Assembly (NCBI GenBank): GCA_964448285.1
Contig: CAYUWG010000008.1
Location: 18,645 to 82,644 of the forward strand
Source of the DNA: an uncultured Chromatiales bacterium
Lineage (GTDB): Bacteria > Bacteroidota > Ignavibacteria > SZUA-365
Length of the DNA stretch: 64,000 nt
Direction of reading: 5' to 3'
Shown: positions 39,279 to 47,247 of the stretch, one piece after another
Numbering within the stretch: position 1 is the first letter of the stretch
How the letters are laid out: each line of letters begins with the position of its first letter
The notes under the pieces: generated by a model
The model's database searches: none
Told to the model about the DNA's origin: nothing
Seen by the model: the letters and a program-made list of their open reading frames with translations, nothing else
Program-made: the position numbers and the translations under genes

Positions 39279-39872
39279 TCAAGCTGCTTCAGCGTGCAGT
39301 CTCAAACCAAGAGCCCCAATCACCTTGAGGATGGTATCGAAATCAGGAGTACGTTCACCGGACAATGCCTTATAGAGACTTTCGCGTGAAAGACCAGCGT
39401 CACGCGCAACCTGTGCCATGCCACGTGCACGGGCAATATCTCCAAGCGCCTTTGCGATAAATGCGGCATCACCATTGGCTTCTTCCAGACATGCTTCTAA
39501 GTAAGCCGCCATTTCCTCAGGCGTTCGGAGATGTTCGGCGACATCATATCGAGTGGTTTTGGTTTTTCTCATCATGGGCTCCAACAAGTTTCGCGCGAGG
39601 CTACGAGCTGTCTTGATGTCGGTGGCTTGGGTACTTTTATCACCGCCTGCCAGCAGAATTACCATCTCGCGTCCGCGCTTTGTGAAATAAACCCGATAAC
39701 CGGGACCGTAATCGATCCGCAACTCGGAGACGCCATCACCAACTGGTTTGACATCTCCAGCATTTCCTGCCGCCAAGCGCTCAACTCTGGATAGGACACG
39801 CGCTCGTGCCTGAATGTCGCTCAGTCCATCGAGCCACTGCACGAAATTCTCTGTTTTGCGAATCTCAATCAC
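39279..39872 (-). CDS. in-frame fusion of RelE/Gp49-like addiction-module killer and HTH antidote
   Basis: Residues 1-100 (MIEIRKTENFVQWLDGL...GPGYRVYFTKRGREMVILLAGGDKSTQ) match the putative addiction-module killer family. Residues 105-197 (MMRKTKTTRYDVAEHLRTPEEMAAYLEA...GLSRESLYKAL) match the cognate antidote family. The junction is cccATGATGAga. Confidence 0.6.
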   Translation of the reverse strand: MIEIRKTENFVQWLDGLSDIQARARVLSRVERLAAGNAGDVKPVGDGVSELRIDYGPGYRVYFTKRGREMVILLAGGDKSTQATDIKTARSLARNLLEPMMRKTKTTRYDVAEHLRTPEEMAAYLEACLEEANGDAAFIAKALGDIARARGMAQVARDAGLSRESLYKALSGERTPDFDTILKVIGALGLRLHAEAA

Positions 39873-39937
39873 GGAAGGAATGTAGCCTAACGGCTACACA
39901 TTGTCAAATGATTATTCTACGCTCAGAGACTACTTGG

Positions 39938-40051
39938 GTCGCCCGCTGGCTCGACGGCAACTACTCCTATGTACGAGAAAGACCGTAAGCAGCGCTTAGG
40001 CATCGAACCGGACGGCCGCTCAGGATTAAGAATCGGGCGATGACGAAGTGA
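39938..40051 (+). repeat. diverged ettA 3'-end copy E3
   Basis: Encodes RWLDGNYSYVRERP?KQRLGIEPDGRSGLRIGR-stop; ends at TGA 40049-40051. It is the most diverged copy. Confidence 0.6.
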
Positions 40052-40247
40052 CAAGCTTCTAACTGCCCTGCGTGTAAGCCGCGCCGGTATGATATTTTGA
40101 TTGAATGCGAGATCTTAGTTGAGTCGACTTAACACGCGGGTTAGGCGTCTCATCTCGCCATAAGATTTTCATGCCAAACCCGCGATCGTCGGCTATTCGA
40201 AGTCTTAGCGCCTACGTCCCGTATGTAAGGTCTAATCACTGCCGATG

Positions 40248-41351
40248 TCATCGTTTTTCACTTCCTGAATGTATTTCCAATAGACTCTTTCTATGAAGAA
40301 TACCAAAGCGTTGCCAAGCATATATATAGTCTCCAACAACTTCTATTCTAGCAATCTCATCAACTTGAATACCTGAGTCCGATTCTGTTCCAACTGGAAT
40401 CCAGCTTTTGCCGCTGTTTGTTGAAACAAATACTCCAATATTGGTGCCACAGAATATGTAAATTCCGAATGTCGCAATCGAGCTTACAAACGCAACCCTG
40501 TCGGATAATCCTATAGAACATCTAACCCAACTCTCTCCATTGTCGGAAGATATGTATAATCCATCATTGGTTCCAGCAAAAAGCACGTTTCCCAATGCAG
40601 CCAGTGAATTAATCATCCGGTTATATAGTCCGGAATTAACTCCAATCCAGTTTTTTCCACCATCCCTGGATAAGAATATCCCATTGTCCGCTCCGACAAA
40701 TATAAGATTTTCGCACCTAAGGACAGTGTTGACTCTACTGCTATACTCCTTCAATGTGCCAAATCCTTCGTCACCAGAAAAGAATACAACGCGTTTCTCG
40801 TCCCATCTTTTAATATCATCTTTTACCGCCATATACAATCTTCCTTCATATGTGACAGCATATATTTCATTATTGAATACATATATGTGCCGTATACCGC
40901 TTTTGGAGAGCACGCTATCTGGAGATATATTGGATGGAGTAGTTCGTTCTCGCTCTGAGGACATATTTACGCTGATCGAATAACTGATAGCTTGCCACCA
41001 GTTCCATCCCCTGTCTAAAGAGATAAACAGACCCTTCTGTGTTCCGCAAATCAAAATCGAATCTATCGTGATAAACCGTGTAATACCTACATTGGTAGGT
41101 AATTTTCCGCCGTATTTCCATTCTGAAAGAAAACCTGGTTGGCTTGGAATTGAGGGTGCGCCATTTTCATTCGCAGCGAATATTCCATGAGAATGAGCAA
41201 CCACCAACAACCTACCGGATTGCCGAATATCAACGATAGGCCCACCCCGTGCCATAGTCAACTGCCATTGCGAAATTGCTTTCGAATATGGTGCAGTGAA
41301 TACGATTGCGGCAATTATAACTGCTGGTTTTACTGCTAATCTACAATACAT
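40248..41351 (-). CDS. secreted BNR-repeat beta-propeller protein
   Basis: Signal peptide, then BNR motifs [32 protein letters not shown]. The gene is AT-rich (about 40 % GC) and its start overlaps the intI remnant's stop. Confidence 0.55.
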   Translation of the reverse strand: MYCRLAVKPAVIIAAIVFTAPYSKAISQWQLTMARGGPIVDIRQSGRLLVVAHSHGIFAANENGAPSIPSQPGFLSEWKYGGKLPTNVGITRFITIDSILICGTQKGLFISLDRGWNWWQAISYSISVNMSSERERTTPSNISPDSVLSKSGIRHIYVFNNEIYAVTYEGRLYMAVKDDIKRWDEKRVVFFSGDEGFGTLKEYSSRVNTVLRCENLIFVGADNGIFLSRDGGKNWIGVNSGLYNRMINSLAALGNVLFAGTNDGLYISSDNGESWVRCSIGLSDRVAFVSSIATFGIYIFCGTNIGVFVSTNSGKSWIPVGTESDSGIQVDEIARIEVVGDYIYAWQRFGILHRKSLLEIHSGSEKR

Positions 41352-41880
41352 AGTGCGGTAAATTCTGATTTATTAATTCAATCGGGCTTCGTGCTGCCGA
41401 ATGCCCCCTGTTAAGTACATGGGTGTAAATCATCGTGGTTTTAATATCGCGGTGGCCTAAAAGCTCTTGGACAGTCCGAATGTCATAACCGCTTTCGAGC
41501 AAGTGTGTCGCGAACGAATGCCGGAACGTGTGACAGGTTACCCTCTTCGTCATGCCTGCTTTCATTGCGGCGATCCGCGCGCGAATGAGTTCGCACAGAT
41601 CACCGACCGCTAGTCCGATAACGTTGCGATACAAAAAGAGTAGAGCAGAGAGAGCTTGATTCTGTGTCGAAGCGCTTACTTTTTCCTCAACAGCAAGATG
41701 TGTCAGAAAAGCATTGATCTCAGGTTCCGACATCTCTTGCGGATGGCGCACATCATTGAAATGAACGTAGCGTTTCACCAAAAAGCAGTACACCTCCTCC
41801 GTACGATGGCTGTAATGTCGAACCTGCAATGCTTCATGCATTTGCATCATCAGCTTTGGTCGCTTCGCTTGGGTCGTCAT
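41341..41880 (-). pseudogene. intI: integron-type tyrosine recombinase (IntI-like) with a large internal deletion
   Basis: The N-terminal 100 aa ([15 protein letters not shown]...[31 protein letters not shown]) match the IntI core-binding domain. The ORF then joins directly to box II / C-terminus [43 protein letters not shown]. The catalytic Arg/Lys/His patch region is missing. Total length is 179 aa versus about 320 expected. Confidence 0.7.
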
Positions 41881-42085
41881 ATTGCTATTGTTGTCGCAAG
41901 ATTACTTGGCGCAACGATAGGGAATCAAAGAGTCAATGTCAAGAAATACCCGAAAAAACTTTCTTACTCACTTCATCTCGCACTTTCTCGCCTTCGAAGG
42001 CGACAGTCAGGTGCGCTGGTTCATCGGCAACTACGCGATGTATGAGAAAGACCGCAAGCAGCGTTTAGGCATCGAAGCGGACCGT
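41881..42085 (+). promoter_or_regulatory. attI-like region of R2: direct repeats TTGTCGCAA-6 nt-TTGGCGCAA, then ettA 3' arm to the GTT core
   Basis: It lies immediately upstream of, and divergent from, the IntI-like start. Two 9-bp direct repeats sit about 20 bp from the ATG. The ettA-like arm ([35 protein letters not shown]) ends shortly after GTTTAGG. Copies of the same layout occur in R1, R3 and R4. Confidence 0.5.
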
Positions 42086-42122
42086 CGGGTTCGCCCTGCT
42101 TTAAGTCGGCACGGCGCGGTCG

Positions 42123-42742
42123 CTATTCACGGGGCCACTTCCGGAGCGCTGCTTCAAAGCAGACATTGAGGAACTGCTCCACGATATCGATCACTGCAAC
42201 GACGAGCTTTGAATCAGCGAGTAGGGCGTCCACGACAACTGGACCCAAGGCTTTCCGCCGAATGAACGACTGGACCGCTCCTTTACCAGCGAAGTCAGCG
42301 AGTTGACCGCCGTTGTGAACAAGGCAGTTACGAACCTCAACAACACCCCGGACATCTTCGAGCAACTTTGACGGAAGGGCCAGGTCCATCCGGGCGACCT
42401 TCTGAGCATAGACAAGGAAGCGATCGAGCCACGAACCCCGCAGCTCGCGGAGGGACAGCTGTAGGTTCTCGGCATCACGAAGGCTCTGCGCGAAGTCTCT
42501 GAGATCTCGCTCAAGGAGACCAACTGTGACGACAATCACCGAGCTGTAGAGAATGCTGGGAAACGGCTCCTCGTAGAGGTAGGAATCCTCGTTCCCGAAG
42601 GCATCGTGCTTCCCAACCAAGCGCGTCGCTGATTCCGCGAGGAACTCCTCGACCGTGGTCAGATAGGCGCGAAGCTCATCAACGTGGATCAAGGCATCAA
42701 CGGAGCAGCCGAAGAACTGAAGACCGGGTCCGATGCTAGCCA
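42123..42742 (-). CDS. Abi_2 (AbiD/AbiF)-like HEPN-domain protein
   Basis: Rx4H motif EVRNCLVHNGG near the C-terminus in a predicted helical protein. The likely start is MASIGPGLQ at 42742. Confidence 0.4.
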
Positions 42743-43503
42743 TGTCCTCTCTTGTGTCGCCTAACGTTGTGCCGCTCAGCCGCGAGCGGCGGCCCATTGC
42801 TTCCGCACTCGCCCGGCGCCCGCCCGCCGCTCGTCTGCTGCAGCGGCGTGTTATGCTTCCTCTCGGCTTTCTCACCAGCTCTCTCGACGATCTTTAGGAT
42901 ATCGCTGGCGACAACGATTCTTTCGAACGCCGACAGAAAGTCCATGTCGACATCCCGGTGCGAACAGGGATTCTTGTAGTAGCCGAATGCGCCAGCGACG
43001 TATTGACACAGAGCCTCCCTTTCGGCCTTTGGAAGCGCCGGGTCGGTCAAGGGCCCGTTCTCAGGGTGGAAGGCCCTGCGGATTAGAGTCACGCCAATTT
43101 CGTCGGCACTGGACTTGGTCCACTTCCTGATCCCAGTCTCTACCGCCTTAAAGGCCTTGAGGACGGCACTTTCGTAATCGCCCGAATTCAACATGTGAAG
43201 GGAAACCTTGGCTATTCGAGGATGGATGTACATCTCCGGTACGAGTACGTAATCCCGAACAACGCTCCTAAACTCGCGCTCAAGGAACCTGAACCCGACC
43301 TTCGTTGGGTAAAAGGTTTCGTCGCCTTCGTCATCGTACCCACGTTGGTATTGACGTATATCTATGTGAGTCTCTGGACTAGCTTTGTACTTGACGCGCG
43401 AAAAGCGAACCGGCCGATATCCCCCGGCGTTCGCCTCGGCAATGACGTGCTGATACTCGATCTTTGCTTCGACTGCGCTCTTGTCCTTTGTCTTCCTCTT
43501 CAT
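42736..43503 (-). CDS. TIGR02391/Hypoth_Ymh-like HEPN-related protein
   Basis: The C-terminal 130 aa show AFKAVETGIRK ... LIRRAF ... YVAGAFGYYKNPCSHRD ... FLSAFERIVVASDILKIV. This matches the conserved FxAVE...RNPxAH-type blocks of that family. The likely start is ATG 43503 (MKRKTKDK). Confidence 0.45.
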   Translation of the reverse strand: MKRKTKDKSAVEAKIEYQHVIAEANAGGYRPVRFSRVKYKASPETHIDIRQYQRGYDDEGDETFYPTKVGFRFLEREFRSVVRDYVLVPEMYIHPRIAKVSLHMLNSGDYESAVLKAFKAVETGIRKWTKSSADEIGVTLIRRAFHPENGPLTDPALPKAEREALCQYVAGAFGYYKNPCSHRDVDMDFLSAFERIVVASDILKIVERAGEKAERKHNTPLQQTSGGRAPGECGSNGPPLAAERHNVRRHKRGHG

Positions 43504-43528
43504 CGCCCATTCTCTCCGCGGTAGGCCC

Positions 43529-43602
43529 AACAATAATTAGGCTGATCCGCATAAACCGCCGGTTTCTCGTTTTCTGTCCGCATAAGACTCCATAGAATTA
43601 TT
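43529..43602 (+). repeat. solo copy of 74-bp R-left element
   Basis: aacAATAATTaggctgatCCGCATAAaccgccggtttctcgttttctgtCCGCATAAgactccatagAATTATT has a 7-bp terminal inverted repeat and an internal direct repeat. It abuts the start of the Ymh-like gene. Confidence 0.7.
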
Positions 43603-43682
43603 CTACATAGTTGTCATGACCGGCAGCAAAAAGAGGCGCGAGGTAGGCGCGACGCTTTTTGCTGTCCGTGTTGATGGCGCTG

Positions 43683-44006
43683 TTAACGTGCATTTGCGCC
43701 CAACATCGTTTGAAATGGTGCGGAGGGAAGGAATCGAACCTTCCGCGTTCTCTCTTGGAAGGAATGTATTTGCTCACACAACCATCTCTCGCTTGGGTTG
43801 GAGTTTTTTTCCACCAGGCTCCGCAGGAACGCAGCTCCGCACCAAACACATGCCACGACAAAATGAAGTATGGCGTTTGAGTTTTTCATGATTACCTCCT
43901 TCGCAGTTTCAATGAAGCTGTTTACGGAATGGTAGATGTCCAACCCAAACGAGATTTCGATGTGTGCCTCAATACAAACCTCTTTACCCAAGCTCGTGTG
44001 ATTCAT
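43683..44006 (-). CDS. hypothetical small protein between two R-left copies
   Basis: 107-aa ORF with an internal hydrophobic segment (MKNSNAILHFVVACVWCGAAFL). Coding status is uncertain. Confidence 0.25.
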   Translation of the reverse strand: MNHTSLGKEVCIEAHIEISFGLDIYHSVNSFIETAKEVIMKNSNAILHFVVACVWCGAAFLRSLVEKNSNPSERWLCEQIHSFQERTRKVRFLPSAPFQTMLGANAR

Positions 44007-44026
44007 GGTTGCTGCACGCTAACAAT

Positions 44027-44384
44027 AATTAGGCTGATCCGCATAAACCGCCGGTTTCTCATTTTCAGTCCGCATAAGACTCCATAGAATTATTTGTTCT
44101 TCTTGGCATCATGCCTCGACCGTTCGATGTATGTAATGTCGGGTTTGCAATTCATCATACATTTGCATCATCAGCTTTGGTCGTTTCGTTTGGGTCGTCA
44201 TGTTGCTATTGTCGTCGCAAGATTACTTGGCGCAACGATAGGGAATCAAAGAGTCAATGTCAAGAAATACCCGAAAAAACTTTCTTACTCACTTCATCTC
44301 GCACATACTCGCCTTCGAAGGCGACAGTCAGGTGCGCTGGTTTGACGGCAACTACGCGATGTATGAGAAAGACCGCAAGCAACG
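44027..44384 (+). repeat. composite repeat R3 (R-left + IntI 5' remnant + attI-like spacer + ettA arm truncated exactly at the GTT core)
   Basis: Same layout as R1. The ettA-like sequence ...gaccgcaagcaacG stops at 44384 and is followed by unrelated sequence (actagtccgtg) where the other copies have GTTGGGC. Confidence 0.8.
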
Positions 44385-44429
44385 ACTAGTCCGTGCCAGG
44401 TGCTGCGGTTTTTATCCGGGTGCTCAACT

Positions 44430-44792
44430 TCATTTATCCGGGATGCGTTCAGAGATGCGAATGCGGCCGGGTTGGACAACGATAAAGCAGCCCTCAATCA
44501 TCGTACGATGTGTATCAATAAATTCCACGACGGTTCGAACCATGGCTCTCCGGGCTTTGGCCGGAAATCGGATGAAAATGACGCCAGATGATTTGGCAAC
44601 GCTGGCAAAAACCAGTTGTCCAAAGTCTTTATCTTCAGTCAAAAGAATACGGGATTCCGCGAGGGTAAGCTCAATGATCGCGTCATCGGTCGCTCCAGGT
44701 CTTTCGTCGCAGACCGCAACGACATCGTGACCCATGGTACGTAATGCATGTACAAGGGAGAAATCGCAGTTCTCATCCGCAAGGAAACGCAT
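44430..44792 (-). CDS. DUF5615 PIN-like toxin-family protein
   Basis: [30 protein letters not shown]...[14 protein letters not shown] matches the [11 protein letters not shown]5615 consensus. Confidence 0.6.
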   Translation of the reverse strand: MRFLADENCDFSLVHALRTMGHDVVAVCDERPGATDDAIIELTLAESRILLTEDKDFGQLVFASVAKSSGVIFIRFPAKARRAMVRTVVEFIDTHRTMIEGCFIVVQPGRIRISERIPDK

Positions 44793-44807
44793 CCGTCTCG
44801 AAACAGT

Positions 44808-45044
44808 CTAATTCGAGGGTCCCAACAAAACAGTTTCCTCATGCGCCAGAGTATCAGCGGCATACATGGCAGCTGCACGGATATCCTCCGGAGTCAGACC
44901 GGGGTATGCGTCAAGGAGATCGTCCTCAGTGGCGCCTTCGCCGAGCTTGCGTAGGATAAGCTCCACTGTGATGCGCGTTCCCCGGATCACCGGTTTTCCC
45001 AGCATGATCTTGGGATTCATTTCGATTCTGCTTGAGATAGTCAT
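44808..45044 (-). CDS. DUF433 antitoxin-family protein
   Basis: GKPVIRGTRITVELILRKLGEGATEDDLLDAYPGLTPEDIRAAAMYAA matches the DUF433 consensus. It is paired with the DUF5615 gene 15 nt downstream. Confidence 0.6.
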   Translation of the reverse strand: MTISSRIEMNPKIMLGKPVIRGTRITVELILRKLGEGATEDDLLDAYPGLTPEDIRAAAMYAADTLAHEETVLLGPSN

Positions 45045-45154
45045 TGTCTTACCTCCTGTTTCGAGTATAGTTTAACCAATCACTTCAACAGAACAAAAAG
45101 AGAGGGTGTGCGGATAGTCGTTATTGTCCCGTGGTGAACATGCAGGTGTAACAG

Positions 45155-45273
45155 ATAGTCAGGTGCGCTGGTTCGACGGCAACTACGCCATGTATGAGAA
45201 AGACCGAAAGCTGCGCTTAGGCATCGAAGCGAACATTCCGTATCCGATCAGGTATCGCGCGATGTCAAGTTGA
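45155..45273 (+). repeat. diverged ettA 3'-end copy E4
   Basis: Encodes [38 protein letters not shown]-stop. Confidence 0.65.
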
Positions 45274-45414
45274 GAGGAAAACATCGCAGACATACTCGCC
45301 TCAATCATAGTCAGGCACCCGATGGTTTAGGGGCATCGTAACCGTGTACCCAATGCAAAAGAAGCAAGCGCCAGATATCCCGGCAGTGTCGGATGAATGT
45401 TCGGTTACCCAGCG

Positions 45415-45738
45415 TCAGGGAGCCGAATATCTCCAGAGCATCTTGATTGCCAAGGTGATGGCCAGGAAACACAACAGCCAGAAGACGATTGGCGCAGAAG
45501 CTCCCTTGAAGCGGACTCCTGCGACGTCGAATTCGATCGGTCCGGAAGAGATCTGCAGAACGATGGAAACGAAGAGCGCTCCCAAGCCGGCCATGGGCAA
45601 GCCGACGATCACCGGGAAGTTCTGGCGAATCAACTCGGTCCAAAAGGTGCTTTTCGAAGCATCGAAGGTAAGCAGCCCCACGAGCGCCGCAATGCCGAAC
45701 AGGGAAAGCGCTACCGCGACGACCCAGTTCATAGTCAT
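45415..45738 (-). CDS. small hypothetical membrane protein
   Basis: Three predicted TM helices (WVVAVALSLFGIAALVGLL, FPVIVGLPMAGLGALFVSIVL, IVFWLLCFLAITLAI). The start is uncertain (ATG near 45738). Confidence 0.3.
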   Translation of the reverse strand: MTMNWVVAVALSLFGIAALVGLLTFDASKSTFWTELIRQNFPVIVGLPMAGLGALFVSIVLQISSGPIEFDVAGVRFKGASAPIVFWLLCFLAITLAIKMLWRYSAP

Positions 45739-46044
45739 CCTCAGTTTCTGGTCGCTTTGCTTCCGGTCGATGTCGGGACCTGTGGTCGAGAGAATGTCGC
45801 TGTCGTCCCGGTGTTGGAGACCGGGTCCGGGCGAGGGTTCGGAAGAAGGATGCACGCGTGTTCCTTTCTTGATGAAGTTATATATAAATTTTAGTGGCAT
45901 TTCCGTCCCCAATGAACGTTCCGGCCGACCGCACAAAATAAAACGAACTCTTCATATCGCCGAATTCGATTCGCCGTTACGCAAACCATAAAACATATTT
46001 CCTCTAATGGCTATACAACGGCAATAAAGCAAGTGTAAGTATAT

Positions 46045-46200
46045 CAGGTTTCCGTACATCGTGATTGATCGTCCATAGACAATTGGTTCGTGTATTCGTA
46101 TCATCAGTTTCTGTCTTTTCGTTTGCGTTGTCATGCTGCTATTGTTGTCGCAAGATTGCTTGTCGCAACGCCAAGGAAACCGAAGATTCAGTGTCAAAGG
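46045..46200 (+). repeat. R4: degenerate IntI 5' remnant plus direct repeats TTGTCGCAA-6 nt-TTGTCGCAA
   Basis: The minus strand reads MTTQTKRQKLMIRIHEPIVYGRSITMYGNL..., matching the IntI N-terminus. The spacer carries two perfect 9-bp direct repeats. No ettA arm follows. Confidence 0.6.
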
Positions 46201-46219
46201 ATACGTGACCAGTCACCTC

Positions 46220-46663
46220 TCACCCCTGTATCTCAGGCTCTACAAGCTTCGCAAGTTGTTCGAGTGATTCCTGCCAGCCTAAGTAGCACATCTCCGGTGG
46301 GATGACGTCGGGCACTCCTTCCTGTGCGACGTTCAGCTCCGTGCCGCACGAAACTGCTTTCAGCGAAACGGTCACCTGCATCACGTCGGGCAAATTCGGG
46401 TCATCGAAAACGTCGGTGTGTCGGATGCGTTCGTTCATTATCAATTCGAGATATTCACCACCGAATGAGTGGCTCTGTCCCGTCGTGAAGTTCGTGAAGG
46501 ACATCTTGTACGTCCCGCCGACCTTCGCATCGAGATGATGGATGGTGCCGGTGAATCCGTGCGGCGGGAGCCACTTGCACATCGCGGCCGGATCGAGAAA
46601 CGCACGATAGACTTTTTCGGGTGCGGCCTTGATAACGCGGTGGAGTCGGATGGTGTAGCTCAT
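46220..46663 (-). CDS. SRPBCC/AHSA1-like domain protein
   Basis: 147 aa with the N-terminus IRLHRVIKAAPEKVYRAFLDPAAMCKWLPP, typical of Activator-of-Hsp90-ATPase-homolog-like SRPBCC proteins. Confidence 0.55.
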   Translation of the reverse strand: MSYTIRLHRVIKAAPEKVYRAFLDPAAMCKWLPPHGFTGTIHHLDAKVGGTYKMSFTNFTTGQSHSFGGEYLELIMNERIRHTDVFDDPNLPDVMQVTVSLKAVSCGTELNVAQEGVPDVIPPEMCYLGWQESLEQLAKLVEPEIQG

Positions 46664-46884
46664 AGGGTTGACCTTTCTTGAGATAGTTTGTGATGAGATG
46701 AGATGTGCTCACTGCGAGTAAGGTGAGACGAAGATATCCGATACAGGTGGTGATGCCAAGCGAGAGAATTCATGCAAGGCGCATTTCGATGTGTTCCTAA
46801 GACCTGTCATGTTTGTTTTCTCCGGCAGACTTCTTACCATGCAATCCGTAAATACTACCTGTTCCACAAAAAAAGGAGGATAGC

Positions 46885-47244
46885 ATGGCTGTGATTATTG
46901 GACCCGAGCGTTACTGGTATGGACCATATCCGATCGAGGTCACATTCGAGGATGATACGAGATCGAAGTTGATGGATGGCCAGTTTCTACTCATTCAACA
47001 ACTGGCTTCCGATGTTCCGGTGTCCTGCTCGACGACCATAGCGCCATTCGAAGTGATGCTCACCGGTACGGAAACGCAAGCTGTAACTCATCCGCCGTTA
47101 GACGGTTTTTTACAACTGGCTTTTGAAGAAGCAGGTTGTGTTCCGCAAGCGGAAATTTTCCCGCACGATGGCACTGCCATTGAAAGACCGAAAGGGAAGA
47201 TCCGCGTCGTCTGGATGGGCCCGCCGATATACCCGAAACGGTAG
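46885..47244 (+). CDS. hypothetical protein
   Basis: 119-aa ORF preceded by aaaaaggagga. No motif recognised. Confidence 0.3.
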   Translation: MAVIIGPERYWYGPYPIEVTFEDDTRSKLMDGQFLLIQQLASDVPVSCSTTIAPFEVMLTGTETQAVTHPPLDGFLQLAFEEAGCVPQAEIFPHDGTAIERPKGKIRVVWMGPPIYPKR

Positions 47245-47247
47245 CGT

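Noticed and set aside
42752-43524. Small plus-strand ORFs (75 and 109 aa) within the Ymh-like gene
   Set aside because: They lie opposite a minus-strand gene with recognisable family blocks and have no start context.
32006-46200. CRISPR array as an explanation for the regularly recurring repeats
   Set aside because: The repeat units are 100-420 bp and unequal in length. They diverge from one another and are separated by kilobase-scale protein-coding spacers. No short identical repeats with uniform spacers and no cas genes are present.
37181-46200. Insertion sequence / transposon as the source of the R repeats
   Set aside because: No transposase ORF is present. The only terminal inverted repeats are the 7-bp ends of the 74-bp R-left element. 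The conserved unit instead contains a tyrosine-recombinase 5' end and a copy of the host gene tail, which fits site-specific integration.
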